Assembly: GCA_965226585.1 (NCBI GenBank)
Contig: OZ245366.1
Span: 1,120,001 to 1,184,000, forward strand
DNA length: 64,000 nt
Reading direction: 5' to 3'
DNA from: Thermodesulfobacteriota bacterium
GTDB lineage: Bacteria; Desulfobacterota_D; UBA1144; Nemesobacterales; Mycalebacteriaceae
A model generated the notes under the pieces. The model was given only the letters and a program-made list of their open reading frames with translations, did no database searches and had not been told where the DNA came from. Positions 20,742 through 31,377 of the stretch are shown here, one piece after another. Within the stretch, counting starts at the first letter, position 1, and each line of letters begins with the position of its first letter. Position numbers and translations under genes: made by a program.

Positions 20742-20770
20742 ACTCTAATGAGGCGGAATGAGCTTGTCAA
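20742..20770 (-). promoter_or_regulatory. rRNA promoter; boxA-like GTTCTTTGAAAA near 20693-20704
   Basis: TTGACA-17nt-TAGAGT on the minus strand upstream of 16S. Confidence 0.7.
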
Positions 20771-20799
20771 TACCGCGCCGGGGAAAAACCGGAAATAAT

Positions 20800-20839
20800 A
20801 AAAAAACTCCGGACAAACCCTCGTCAGATTTGCCCGGAG
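20800..20839 (-). terminator. intrinsic terminator after the OMP gene
   Basis: CTCCGGGCAAATCT-GACG-AGGGTTTGTCCGGAG followed by T7 on the minus strand. Confidence 0.75.
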
Positions 20840-20865
20840 CAATATCAGGAAACACAGTAAAGGTT

Positions 20866-21507
20866 TCAGTAAGTAAAGGAAAGTCTGGCAACACCCGAGA
20901 AGCCGAGGAGATCCTCAACTGCTCCGGCGGGGTTGTTCAGAAGGTAGTGCCCTCTAACCTCAACGCCCATCTTCAGTCTGTCATTTCTTACGTAGTCAAC
21001 TGAGAACTTGCCGATAGCAGGCATGGTTTTCTCGCTGCTAATCTTGTCTCCAACATCGTAAAGGAACAGTCCGGTTCCAACTGCGGCGGAAACCTCCATC
21101 GGTACCGAAGCGGTTTCTGCGGGAATGGGAAAGTCAGCCTGTATGTAGACGGGAACGAAGAAGTGATGAAGGGTATGGTCTGCGGCGTCTGTAAACCCGA
21201 TCATAAAGTCAGGCTCAATTCTGAACGTTGTCCGGAAGCCCGCTCCGAAAAGTTCAACGTTCTTGAAGAAACGCGACAGCCCGAATCCCATAAGAAAACC
21301 TTGCTCGGTGGCGTCTTCGCCGTCTCTGATGGTTGCCTTCTGGTAGTAGTAGCCGGAGCGGAGAATAAGTTCATTGTCGCCCGCCTCCACTTTGTATATG
21401 GATGACTCCATCGCGCTGTCTCCGTCCATTTCCCCGGCTTTTACTCCGGAACTTAATGAAAATGCGAGCGCCGCGACAAGCGCGAAAAGTATAGACTTCC
21501 TGAACAT
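20866..21507 (-). CDS. exported outer-membrane beta-barrel protein
   Basis: Signal peptide MFRKSILFALVAALAFSLSSGVKA, amphipathic strands, C-terminal LSFTY. Confidence 0.7.
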   Translation of the reverse strand: MFRKSILFALVAALAFSLSSGVKAGEMDGDSAMESSIYKVEAGDNELILRSGYYYQKATIRDGEDATEQGFLMGFGLSRFFKNVELFGAGFRTTFRIEPDFMIGFTDAADHTLHHFFVPVYIQADFPIPAETASVPMEVSAAVGTGLFLYDVGDKISSEKTMPAIGKFSVDYVRNDRLKMGVEVRGHYLLNNPAGAVEDLLGFSGVARLSFTY

Positions 21508-21721
21508 AATGGTATTTCCCCCTTTGCTGCTGTGCATATTATATCGCAGATTTAATGTAAGGCGTCCCTATTCTACAAAGCAGACCCGCAGTTTGTCAAG
21601 CCTATCTGTAACAGATATGTAATAAGTCTCCAATTTGAAATTTTCCCTCTTTGCTGTGAGTATTATGTCGCGACCGCGGCGTTCAAGCGCGGGCGTAAAC
21701 TACTAAGGAAAGGCGGTTCAA

Positions 21722-22510
21722 ATGACAACAAAAGATAAATGGGCTTTGGTTTTGGGGGCTTCGAGCGGTTTCGGAGAAGCGGCGGCGGTTGAGTTTGCGA
21801 AAAACGGGATGAACATTTGCGGTGTCCACATGGACAGAAAAGCCGGGATGGAAAACGTGGAGAAGATAAAAGGCGCGATTGAAGCGGCGGGCGCGAAAGC
21901 CCTTTTCTTCAACGTGAACGCGGCGGACGGGGAGAAACGCAAACATGTTCTGGATGAACTCACGAAGGTTGCCGGGGCGGAAGGTTCGGTAAAGGTTCTG
22001 CTCCACTCTCTCGCGTTTGGAACCCTGAAGCACTACATTTCCGACAATCCGTCTGAGATGCTCACAAACAAGAACATTGACATGACGCTTGATGTTATGG
22101 CGCACAGTCTTGTGTACTGGTCGCAGGATGTTGTAACGCGCGGGCTGATGGGCGAAGGCGGAAGGATTTTTGCGATGACGAGTTCGGGAAGCCACAGAGT
22201 GTGGCCCACCTACGGGGCGGTTTCTGCGGCAAAGGCGGCGCTTGAGCACCACATCCGCCAGCTCGCGGTTGAACTCGCGCCGAAGAAAATCACGGCAAAT
22301 TCCATCAGGGCCGGAGTAACGGACACTCCCGCGCTCAGGAAGATTCCCGGAAACGAGGCGCTTGTTGAGAATGCCATGCGCGTCAATCCGGCGGGGCGTT
22401 TGACCACAACGGAAGATGTCGCGAAATCCATCGCCCTTCTCACACAGAGCGGAGCGGACTGGATAACCGGCAACGTAATAGGCGTTGACGGCGGCGAAGA
22501 TTTGATATGA
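21722..22510 (+). CDS. SDR oxidoreductase, FabL-like enoyl-ACP reductase
   Basis: LGASSGFG, YGAVSAAK (YX6K), GVTDTPAL, VDGG. Confidence 0.8.
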   Translation: MTTKDKWALVLGASSGFGEAAAVEFAKNGMNICGVHMDRKAGMENVEKIKGAIEAAGAKALFFNVNAADGEKRKHVLDELTKVAGAEGSVKVLLHSLAFGTLKHYISDNPSEMLTNKNIDMTLDVMAHSLVYWSQDVVTRGLMGEGGRIFAMTSSGSHRVWPTYGAVSAAKAALEHHIRQLAVELAPKKITANSIRAGVTDTPALRKIPGNEALVENAMRVNPAGRLTTTEDVAKSIALLTQSGADWITGNVIGVDGGEDLI

Positions 22511-22573
22511 GAAAACTCAGATGTTTTGCCCGGAACGATTCTCCCGGGGCAACGGCACAACCGTAACACAGCA

Positions 22574-23998
22574 ATGAAACAACTCCCTGAAATCAAACTG
22601 TATAACACCGTCTCGCGGACAAAAGAGCCGCTTGAGACAAAGGAGCCGGGAAAGGTCGGCATCTATGTTTGCGGGCCCACGGTTTATGACTCCGCCCATC
22701 TGGGGCACGCCCGGAGCGCGGTGTCGTTTGACTTCATCCGCAGGTTTCTCATCCACGCGGGCTATAAAGTTTCATTCGTCAGAAACTACACCGATGTGGA
22801 CGACAAAATTATAAACCGCGCGAACGAAACCGGACAAACTTCCGAACAAATAGCCGAGACCTACATAAAGGATTACAGCGAAGACATGGATGCGCTCGGT
22901 GTTCTGACGCCGGACGTTGAGCCGAGGGTAACAACTCACATGGCGCAAATCATCTCGCTTGTTGAGAAAATTGTTGAAAGCGGAATCGCCTACGAATCGG
23001 GCGGGGATGTTTTCTTCTCCGTCAGAAAGTTCAACGAATACGGAAGCCTTTCGCGCAGGTCAGTTGACTCCATGCTTGAAGCCGTCCGCATAGACCTGAA
23101 TGAAAAAAAGGACGACTCGCTCGACTTCGCCTTGTGGAAGGCGGCAAAGCCCGGCGAGCCAAGCTGGGAAAGCCCGTGGGGAAAAGGCAGACCCGGCTGG
23201 CATATAGAGTGCAGCGCGATGAGCACCGAATATCTGGGAAGCAGTTTTGACATACACGGCGGCGGAAAGGATTTGATATTTCCCCATCATGAAAATGAAA
23301 TCGCGCAGTCTTGCGCGGCGGGCGGAAAGTTTGCGAAATACTGGATGCACAACGGGCTGATACAGATAAACAGAGAAAAGATGAGCAAATCGCTCGACAA
23401 CTTTCTCACCGTCAAACAGGCGCTTGAAAGATGGTCGCCCGAAGCCATACGGCTTTTCTTTCTGCTTCACCACTACCGCAATCCGGCGGACTTTTCAGAA
23501 CAGGCGCTTGATGAAGCCGAGGCATCTCTCGGTCGGATTTACAAAACAGTCGGCCGCGCAAAAGCCGCCGGCACAAGCAGAGGAAGCGACCCTGAACTCG
23601 CTGAGGCGGCAAAGGGTTTTGAAGAAAAAAGTTTCAGGGCGATGACTGATGATTTCAACTCCGCCGAAGCTCTCGGGCATCTGTTTGACCTGATAAGGGA
23701 AATCAACCGCTCGCTTGATTCTCGCGGAGGCACGGCGGATATCGCGCCCGCGCTGGAAGCGATAGAAAAGTTCGCGGATGTGGCGGGAATTCTGTCGCAA
23801 GACCCGGAGAGTTATCTCAAAAGCGCGCCGGACGCAGAGATATCGGAAATCGAGATAACAAAACTTATAGAGGAAAGAGAGACGGCGCGGAAGGAAAAGA
23901 ACTGGAACAGAGCGGATGAGATTAGAAACTCTCTCGCGGAAAAAGGCGTTGTGCTTGAAGACACCGCAGACGGAACAAAATGGAGTTTCCGGAAGTAG
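22574..23998 (+). CDS. cysS: cysteine--tRNA ligase
   Basis: YVCGPTVY, HLGH, GRPGWHIEC, KMSKS. Confidence 0.98.
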   Translation: MKQLPEIKLYNTVSRTKEPLETKEPGKVGIYVCGPTVYDSAHLGHARSAVSFDFIRRFLIHAGYKVSFVRNYTDVDDKIINRANETGQTSEQIAETYIKDYSEDMDALGVLTPDVEPRVTTHMAQIISLVEKIVESGIAYESGGDVFFSVRKFNEYGSLSRRSVDSMLEAVRIDLNEKKDDSLDFALWKAAKPGEPSWESPWGKGRPGWHIECSAMSTEYLGSSFDIHGGGKDLIFPHHENEIAQSCAAGGKFAKYWMHNGLIQINREKMSKSLDNFLTVKQALERWSPEAIRLFFLLHHYRNPADFSEQALDEAEASLGRIYKTVGRAKAAGTSRGSDPELAEAAKGFEEKSFRAMTDDFNSAEALGHLFDLIREINRSLDSRGGTADIAPALEAIEKFADVAGILSQDPESYLKSAPDAEISEIEITKLIEERETARKEKNWNRADEIRNSLAEKGVVLEDTADGTKWSFRK

Positions 23999-24014
23999 GC
24001 GCGGATTCTCCGCC

Positions 24015-25262
24015 CTACCCCGCGATGGCGACAACCGCGCCCGTCATGCAGGTTGCGAGAGTGCCGGGAATAAGAGAGCGCAAACCAAGCGCGGTAATCT
24101 CAGACCGGCGGCTTGGGGCGATGGCGGAAAGACCGCCAACCATAATTCCCACTGAACCGAAATTGGCAAAACCGCTCATCGCGTAAACCATAATCAACTT
24201 ACTGCGTTCGCTGAGCTCCGCTCCGCCGTCACCCGCGAGAGCAATGTACGCGATAAACTCGTTGAGAGCCGTCTTTGTTCCCATCAGCGCGCCCGCCGCG
24301 TGCGCTTCGCTCCACGGAATTCCTATAAGCCACATAAGCGGCTTGAAAATCACGCCGAATATCGCTTGAAGCGTTACGGGACCGCCGCCAAAGTGCGGAA
24401 GAAAAGACAAAAACGCATTGCATAAATATACAAGCGCGAGAAGCACAATCAGCATGAAAAGAATGTTGAAATACGGAGACATCGCCTGCTGTGTCCCTTG
24501 AGTAAGAGCATCCATTCCTCCCGAATATTCTGAACGCGGAACACGCGTGTCTCCGCTTGCTGAGGATTCGGGAGACGGAATCATAATGCGCGCGAAAATT
24601 ATGGCGGCGGGAACGGAGATAACCGAAGCCGTAAGCAGATGCTCAAGAGGGTCTGCCATTATGGGGGTGAGAAACTGCGAGTAGAGAACAAGAACGGTTC
24701 CCGCGATAGTCGCCATTCCACACGACATTATCAGGAAAATATCGGCGCGGGAAAGGGACGCGAAAATGGGCCTTATTATAAGCGGCGAATCTACCATGCC
24801 GAAAAATACGTTTGCCGCAGACGCGACTCCCACACCACCTCTGAGAGAAAATATCCGGTTCAGGGAAATGGAAAACACCTTTATAACGGCGGGCAGAATT
24901 CTCCAGTGCCAGAAAAGCGCGGACAGAGCGGAGATGACAAAAATAAGCGGAAGCAGCCCGAAAGCCAGAATAAAAGACGCCCCGGGAGCGTTCTCTTCAA
25001 ACGGCAGAGGCGCGCCGCCCAAATAGCCGAAAACAAAACCCGTTCCCTCTTGAGTCGCGGCGGCAAGAGCCTGCGCCCCCCGGTTGATTTGCAGAAAAAA
25101 GTCGTGCGCGATGTCAAACCTTACAAGGGCGACAACAAAAACTATCTGTATAAGCAGACCGGCGGCGGCTATAAACCACGGAAACGCCCGGCGGTTTTCG
25201 CTCATAAGCCAGGCAATTGCCGGAAGAGCCAGTATTCCCAGAAGAGGTTGAATTGTTTCCAT
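24015..25262 (-). CDS. concentrative nucleoside transporter (NupC/CNT family)
   Basis: GMATIAGTVL, KTALNEFIAY, GFANFGSVGI. Confidence 0.92.
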   Translation of the reverse strand: METIQPLLGILALPAIAWLMSENRRAFPWFIAAAGLLIQIVFVVALVRFDIAHDFFLQINRGAQALAAATQEGTGFVFGYLGGAPLPFEENAPGASFILAFGLLPLIFVISALSALFWHWRILPAVIKVFSISLNRIFSLRGGVGVASAANVFFGMVDSPLIIRPIFASLSRADIFLIMSCGMATIAGTVLVLYSQFLTPIMADPLEHLLTASVISVPAAIIFARIMIPSPESSASGDTRVPRSEYSGGMDALTQGTQQAMSPYFNILFMLIVLLALVYLCNAFLSFLPHFGGGPVTLQAIFGVIFKPLMWLIGIPWSEAHAAGALMGTKTALNEFIAYIALAGDGGAELSERSKLIMVYAMSGFANFGSVGIMVGGLSAIAPSRRSEITALGLRSLIPGTLATCMTGAVVAIAG

Positions 25263-25293
25263 GTTTTTCTCTAATCGGGATGGAAAGCCCGAT

Positions 25294-26298
25294 TCAAATC
25301 CAAACGCCCATATACTCAAGCGCCCTTTTCACGGTCGGCGGCGCCTGCGTTTCGCCCCGGCAACTGAACCAGCACGCTTCGCATTTTGTGGGCTGAAACA
25401 TTCCCGGTTCATACTCAGACCAGTGCGCCACAACGGGCATCTCACTGCACCGCTTGATGTGTCCGCTCGGAGTTATCTGAATATGCTCAATACCCGCCGT
25501 GCAGTCCGGCACGCCTCCGCGCTCGAAATACGCGGGAATCTCTTTAAGGTAATACTCGCTTGAAAGCACGGTTCCCTTCCATTTGCGGCGGCGTTCTATA
25601 ATCGCGTCAACAACGGAGCGCACGCGCCCTATGTGGCCAGAATCAATAAAGTGGGAAGTGTTGTTCGTCTTCATAACGGAATACGAACTGAAAGATATGC
25701 CGATTCCCCACTCCCTTGCCTTGTCGGCTATGTTCAAAACCTCGTCCAGATTGTCTTCCATTATCACGGTGTTCACGATTATGCTTTTGTCGGGAAACTC
25801 TTTCGCCATCTGCGGCATAAGTTCCGAGATGTGTTTCCACAGCCCTTTTATTCCCCTGTAACTGTCGTGCTTTTCGCCCGGAAAATCGAGCGAGATGGCT
25901 ATCTGATCCATGCCTGAATCAAAAAGTTCGCGCGCTTTGCCAATGTCGAGCAGGTCGCCTTTGGTAACCATTGAGGTAAAGATGTATGAGGATGACTCTT
26001 TTATCTGCGCGAAAATATCGGGCAGGTCTTTTCTGAGCATCGGCTCGCCGCCGGTAACAACCGTAACAAGCGGGTTTATCTTTTTTATAACGGGGCGGTA
26101 GTCGTCAAGACGCTCTTCGTGGCGGGTTTGCCAGTAGTCGCAGAAATCGCAGGTGGCGTTGCAAAGTTTTGTAACTTCAAGATTGGCAAGCACCGGTGTG
26201 CCGGAAATTCTGGAATATGCGTATTTGGCAATCCCGGCGGCGCCCTCTTTAACTGTAAGCATCGGGGGCATTTTATCACGCAGACGCGGCGGTTTCAA
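25294..26298 (-). CDS. radical SAM protein with C-terminal Cys cluster (SPASM/twitch-like)
   Basis: CNATCDFC, TGGEP, CTAG...PSGHIKRC...CEACWFSC. Confidence 0.9.
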   Translation of the reverse strand: MKPPRLRDKMPPMLTVKEGAAGIAKYAYSRISGTPVLANLEVTKLCNATCDFCDYWQTRHEERLDDYRPVIKKINPLVTVVTGGEPMLRKDLPDIFAQIKESSSYIFTSMVTKGDLLDIGKARELFDSGMDQIAISLDFPGEKHDSYRGIKGLWKHISELMPQMAKEFPDKSIIVNTVIMEDNLDEVLNIADKAREWGIGISFSSYSVMKTNNTSHFIDSGHIGRVRSVVDAIIERRRKWKGTVLSSEYYLKEIPAYFERGGVPDCTAGIEHIQITPSGHIKRCSEMPVVAHWSEYEPGMFQPTKCEACWFSCRGETQAPPTVKRALEYMGVWI

Positions 26299-26366
26299 TC
26301 AATGTTTTAACGGGAAAACCGGCGGGCGGTTGCGGGCAGGCTCGCGCGCCTGTTAAAGTTACCCGA

Positions 26367-27914
26367 ATGAAAGCCGCAACACGTGAAGAGATACGGGAGA
26401 TTGACCGCGCCTGTGTTGAAGAGCACGGAATCTCCGTGAATGTGCTTATGGAAAACGCCGGTCGTGCCGTGTGCGCGGCGGCGGAAAGGAAGTTTCCCGA
26501 AGCACGGAAAATCGCCGTCATCTGCGGCGGCGGAAACAACGGCGGAGACGGTTTTGTTTCCGCGCGTCATCTGGCGGCAAAAGGGAAAGAGGTTTCCGTC
26601 TACACTTCAAGGAAAATCGGGGAGTACACAGGGCAGCCGCTTGAAAACCTGAACTCCGCGCGCGGAAGCGGCATAGCGGTTGTTGAGATTGACGGAGACT
26701 CATCAAAAATCGCCCCGTGCGACCTTATGGTGGACGCCCTGCTCGGCATCGGGCTTGAGTCTGCCGTGCGAGAGGCGGACTCAAAACTGATTGACTTCAT
26801 AAACGGCGCGAACATTCCCGTGCTGTCGGTTGACATACCTTCGGGAATTGACTCAAACACGGGCGCGGTTTTTGGAAACGCCGTGAGCGCGGACGCAACC
26901 GTAACGTTTGTCGCGCCGAAACTGGGAATCTCCGTCTATCCCGGAGCCGGACACGCCGGAGAGATATTTGTCGCGGGGATAACAAGCCCAAAAATGCTTG
27001 AAGAAAAAATACGGTGCGAGATAGCCACTTTTGAAACCTGCGCCGGAATTGTGCGCCCGCGCGCGGAGGATTCGCACAAGGGAACATACGGGCACACCCT
27101 TGTTCTTGCCGGTTCAACGGGAAAATCAGGAGCGGCGATTCTTGCCTCCGAAGCGGCGGTTCGCTCAGGGGCGGGGCTTGTAACTCTCGGCGTTCCGGAA
27201 GGCATACACCACGTTGCAGAACAAAAGACTTCCGAAGCGATGACGGAACCGCTGGGAGAAACAGACGGCTGTTTCGGAGCGGCATCCGCTGAGAGGGCGA
27301 TAGAAATTCTGAACGGGAAAAGTTCGCTTGTAATCGGTCCGGGGCTGTCTGTTTCTGAAAACACGGCGGAATTCTTCAAACGCGTAACGGCCGCCTGTGA
27401 AGTTCCGCTCGTGATAGACGCGGACGGACTGAACATCCTTGCGGAAAACCAAGACATTTTTGACACCATACGCGCAGACGCGGTTCTAACGCCCCACCCC
27501 GCAGAAATGGCGCGGCTTTGCGGCAAAACCACAGCCGGTGTTCAGGCGGACAGAATCACGGCGGCGGGCGAGTTCGCTTCAAAAACCGGATGCTTTGTTG
27601 TTCTCAAAGGCGCGAGAACCGTAACCGCCCTGCCCGGCGGCGGGATATACATCAACCCGACCGGCAACCCGGCGATGGCTTCGGGAGGCATGGGGGATGT
27701 GCTTGCGGGAATCATCGGAGGCTTGCTCGCTCAAGGGTACTCCCCGCGTGAAGCGTGCGTGGCGGGAGTTTTTGTACACGGGCTTTCGGGCGACATGATG
27801 GCGGAACAGTCCGGCGGGATGGCGGTGAGAGCGGGCGAGGTGTCTGAAGGGCTTGCCGCCGCGTTTGCGAAAATCAGAACTTCGGAAAACAAGTTCGCAA
27901 CAGTAATTGATTAG
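26367..27914 (+). CDS. nnr: bifunctional NAD(P)HX epimerase/dehydratase
   Basis: LMENAG, GNNGGDG, HKGTYG, TPHPAEM, GGMGDVLAG. Confidence 0.95.
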   Translation: MKAATREEIREIDRACVEEHGISVNVLMENAGRAVCAAAERKFPEARKIAVICGGGNNGGDGFVSARHLAAKGKEVSVYTSRKIGEYTGQPLENLNSARGSGIAVVEIDGDSSKIAPCDLMVDALLGIGLESAVREADSKLIDFINGANIPVLSVDIPSGIDSNTGAVFGNAVSADATVTFVAPKLGISVYPGAGHAGEIFVAGITSPKMLEEKIRCEIATFETCAGIVRPRAEDSHKGTYGHTLVLAGSTGKSGAAILASEAAVRSGAGLVTLGVPEGIHHVAEQKTSEAMTEPLGETDGCFGAASAERAIEILNGKSSLVIGPGLSVSENTAEFFKRVTAACEVPLVIDADGLNILAENQDIFDTIRADAVLTPHPAEMARLCGKTTAGVQADRITAAGEFASKTGCFVVLKGARTVTALPGGGIYINPTGNPAMASGGMGDVLAGIIGGLLAQGYSPREACVAGVFVHGLSGDMMAEQSGGMAVRAGEVSEGLAAAFAKIRTSENKFATVID

Positions 27915-27932
27915 TTTTCCGGGCTTAACAGA

Positions 27933-28424
27933 GTGAAAACCGAAATCGTTATAAAAACCTCATCAGAGAATGAAACCGCGCGGCTTGGAGCGGCGGTGGC
28001 GCAAGCCCTTGAGCCCGGAGATGTTGTCTGCTTGCGCGGAAATCTGGGCGCGGGAAAAACCGTTATGGCAAGGGCGATAGCTCGCGGGCTCGGAGTTGAT
28101 GAAAACATAACAAGCCCCACTTTTGTGATAATGAACCGGTACGACACGCCTCGCGGAGACGGGCTTTTCCATTTTGACCTTTACAGAAATCCGGACGCGC
28201 AAGAGTACGAAGATCTGGGATTTGCCGAAATCCTGCGCGGCGGCGGCTTCTGTGTGGTTGAGTGGGCGGAAAACCTGCCGGAAGGGATGGCGGAAAGCGC
28301 GGCGGAGATTGAGATAACCGCAAGCGGGGAAGATGAAAACGCCAGAGAAATACAAATATCCGTGAATGAGAAAAAAGCGGCGGTTATAACGGGCGCGATG
28401 CCTGAAAAAACGCGCTCACATTGA
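27933..28424 (+). CDS. tsaE: tRNA t6A biosynthesis ATPase
   Basis: GNLGAGKT, SPTF, HFDLYR, VEW. Confidence 0.95.
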   Translation: MKTEIVIKTSSENETARLGAAVAQALEPGDVVCLRGNLGAGKTVMARAIARGLGVDENITSPTFVIMNRYDTPRGDGLFHFDLYRNPDAQEYEDLGFAEILRGGGFCVVEWAENLPEGMAESAAEIEITASGEDENAREIQISVNEKKAAVITGAMPEKTRSH

Positions 28425-28552
28425 GAAAGCCATGGAAACGCCGCCGAGGGAGTGGCGAGCACAAGGACGCCCGCGAGAAGTAAAACTCTTTCCGCTGACA
28501 AACGGCGCGCGGTTGCTGTTATAATAGCCCGCTTAAACAGAGGGCGGACAAC

Positions 28553-29779
28553 TTGAGTCTTACAGTTCAAAAATACGGCGGGACAAGCGTTTCAGACATC
28601 GCGTCCATCGGGCGCGTGGCGGAGAACATAGTCTCGCGGGCGAAGGCGGGAGGCGGAATAGTCGCGGTTGTGTCTGCGATGGCGGGCGAAACCGACCGCC
28701 TCACAAACCTTGCGCGGAAGGTTATGGACCCACCCGACAGGCGTGAGCTTGACGTTATCATCTCAAGCGGCGAGCAGGTGTCATCGGGGCTGTTGTGCAT
28801 GAGCATAAAATCTCTGGGGGTTGAAGCGGTTTCCTTTCAGGGGCATCAGGTTCGCGTTACAACCGACAACTCTTTTTCAGGGGCAAAGATAAAGAGCATT
28901 GACGACACAAAAATCAGAGAATCTCTCAGGCGCGGAATGGTGGTTGTTATCGCCGGGTTTCAAGGGGTTGACGATCAGGGCAACGTTACGACTCTCGGCA
29001 GGGGCGGCTCGGATTTGACTGCGGTTGCCATAGCGTCTGTTCTCGGCGCAGACAGTTGCGAACTGTATAAGGATGTGGACGGAATATTTTCCGCCGACCC
29101 GTCTTTGTGCAAAAACGCCTTAAAGCTGGATAAAATCTGCTACGAAGAGATGCTGGAAATGGCAAGCGCGGGCTCAAAAGTGCTTCAGGCAAGAGCCGTT
29201 GAGCACGCGAGCAAGTTCTCAATCCCCCTTCACGTGCGCCCTATAAGCGCGCCGGACAGAGAGGGAACCTGGGTTATGGAGGAAGAAGCAATGGAATCTA
29301 TGGAAGAAGCGATAATATCGGGCGTGAGCTCCGACAAAAATCAGGCAAAGCTCACAATCGCGCGCGTTCCCGACCAGCCGGGAGTGGCGGCAACAATATT
29401 TTCGGAACTGGCGCGGGAAGACATCTCGGTTGACATGATAGTTCAGAACATCAGCCATGAAGGATTCAATGACGTAACCTTCACGGTTCCGCGCGGGGAG
29501 TTCAAAAGGGCAACCGCGATAACGGGCAAACTGGCGGAAAAAATCGGCGCGGAGCATATGGAATCAGAGGAAAGCATTGCGAAAATCTCTCTGGTGGGCA
29601 TCGGAATGAAAAGCCATTCGGGGGTCGCTTCCAGAATGTTTGAAACGCTCGCGCGCGAGAAAATCAACATAATGATGATAGGCACTTCCGAGATAAAAAT
29701 ATCGTGTATAGTGCGCGAGACCGAGACCGAACTCGCCGTGCGCGCCCTTCACGATGAATTTTTCGGCGGAAAATCATGA
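28553..29779 (+). CDS. lysC: aspartate kinase
   Basis: QKYGGTSV, TTLGRGGSD, two ACT domains. Confidence 0.95.
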   Translation: MSLTVQKYGGTSVSDIASIGRVAENIVSRAKAGGGIVAVVSAMAGETDRLTNLARKVMDPPDRRELDVIISSGEQVSSGLLCMSIKSLGVEAVSFQGHQVRVTTDNSFSGAKIKSIDDTKIRESLRRGMVVVIAGFQGVDDQGNVTTLGRGGSDLTAVAIASVLGADSCELYKDVDGIFSADPSLCKNALKLDKICYEEMLEMASAGSKVLQARAVEHASKFSIPLHVRPISAPDREGTWVMEEEAMESMEEAIISGVSSDKNQAKLTIARVPDQPGVAATIFSELAREDISVDMIVQNISHEGFNDVTFTVPRGEFKRATAITGKLAEKIGAEHMESEESIAKISLVGIGMKSHSGVASRMFETLAREKINIMMIGTSEIKISCIVRETETELAVRALHDEFFGGKS

Positions 29780-31365
29780 GTGAAACTGTCGAAATCTACG
29801 ACGTAACCCTGAGAGACGGAACTCAGGGCGAAGACATATCTTTCTCGGTGGAGGAGAAACTCCGCATAACGCGGAAACTCGCAGACCTTGGAGTGAGTTA
29901 TGTTGAAGGCGGATGGCCCGGCTCCAACGACCGCGACCGCGAATACTTTGACCGCGCCCTTAAAGAGAATTTCGGAAAATTAAAAGTCAGCGCGTTTTCA
30001 AGCACTCGCCGTCCGGGAGTAAAGTGCGATGACGATGTGATTTTACAGACGCTTCTGAAAACCGGCGTCTCAACCGCCGCAATTGTGGGCAAGGGCTGGG
30101 ATTTCCACGTAACCGCCGTTCTTGAAACAACACTTGAGGAAAACCTCGCGATGATAAACGAATCGGTCAGGTATCTGAAAGAGAGGATAGACACCGTGTT
30201 TTTTGACGCGGAGCATTTTTTTGACGGATTCAAAACAAGCCCGGACTACACAATGGAAGTGGCGCGCTCCGCGCTTGACTCCGGGGCAGACGCCGTTGTT
30301 CTGTGCGACACAAACGGCGGCTCAATGCCGTGGGAGATTGAGAGCGCGGTGGCGGAAACAAGAAAGCGGCTCGGAGGAAACCCGCCGCTTGGAATTCACG
30401 CGCACAACGACACGGAGCAGGGAGTTGCCAACACCCTTTACGCCGTCAGGGGGGGAGTGCGGCAGGTTCAGGGAACTGTGAACGGATACGGGGAAAGATG
30501 CGGAAACGCCAACCTTTGCTCCATCATACCGAACCTGTCTCTGAAACTTGGCGTTGAGTGCATTGGCGAGGGAAAGATGGACAAACTGTACGAAGTTGCG
30601 CATTTCATAAACAACCTCGCGAACTTCAACCCGCTTAAGAAAAAAGCGTTTGTGGGCAAAAGCGCGTTCGCGCACAAGGGGGGAATTCACGCGAGCGCGG
30701 TGATGAAAAACTCAGACACCTACGAGCACATAAACCCCGAACTTGTGGGCAACCGCAGACGCGTTCTCGTGTCAGACCTTTCTGGCAGGGCGAACATAAT
30801 CTCAAAAGCCGCTGAAATGGGCATAAAGATAGAACCGGCAGACAAAAGGGTTCAGGCAATTCTGAAGGAGTTGAAAAATCTGGAGAACAAGGGATACGAA
30901 TTTGAGGGCGCGGACGCTTCCTTTGAACTTCTCGTGAGAAAACAGCTTGGTCTTTATGAAAAACGGTTTTTTGTGGAAGACATCAAAACATCGGTTGAGA
31001 GAAGAGGAAAAGACGGCGAGGCGGTGTCATCGGCTGAAGTGTCCGTAAAAGTGGACGGTACGGTTGAAAAATCTTCAGCGGTGGGCAACGGTCCCGTCAA
31101 CGCGCTTGACAACGCGCTCAGGCAGTCGCTTGAGGGGTTTTTTCCGTCAATACGCGAAGTGAGTTTGAAAGATTACAAAGTGCGAGTGGTATCATCGGCA
31201 AAGGGAACGGACTCCGTTGTGCGTGTTCTGGTGGAATCGGGCGACAGCAAATCGGTCTGGAACACTGTGGGCGTTTCTGAAAACATCGTTGAGGCGAGTT
31301 GGAGAGCGCTTACCGACAGCATTGACTACAAACTGCTGAAAGAAAAACTCGCGGAAAACGCCTGA
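29776..31365 (+). CDS. cimA: citramalate synthase (LeuA family)
   Basis: DVTLRDGTQGE, EGGWPGSN, FDAEHFFDG, AHKGGIH. Confidence 0.9.
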   Translation: MSETVEIYDVTLRDGTQGEDISFSVEEKLRITRKLADLGVSYVEGGWPGSNDRDREYFDRALKENFGKLKVSAFSSTRRPGVKCDDDVILQTLLKTGVSTAAIVGKGWDFHVTAVLETTLEENLAMINESVRYLKERIDTVFFDAEHFFDGFKTSPDYTMEVARSALDSGADAVVLCDTNGGSMPWEIESAVAETRKRLGGNPPLGIHAHNDTEQGVANTLYAVRGGVRQVQGTVNGYGERCGNANLCSIIPNLSLKLGVECIGEGKMDKLYEVAHFINNLANFNPLKKKAFVGKSAFAHKGGIHASAVMKNSDTYEHINPELVGNRRRVLVSDLSGRANIISKAAEMGIKIEPADKRVQAILKELKNLENKGYEFEGADASFELLVRKQLGLYEKRFFVEDIKTSVERRGKDGEAVSSAEVSVKVDGTVEKSSAVGNGPVNALDNALRQSLEGFFPSIREVSLKDYKVRVVSSAKGTDSVVRVLVESGDSKSVWNTVGVSENIVEASWRALTDSIDYKLLKEKLAENA

Positions 31366-31377
31366 GTGTTTTCAGGG

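Noticed and set aside
28425..28552. Lysine riboswitch upstream of lysC
   Set aside because: A TG-TATAAT box lies only about 30 nt before the start, leaving no room, and I recognised no aptamer motifs.
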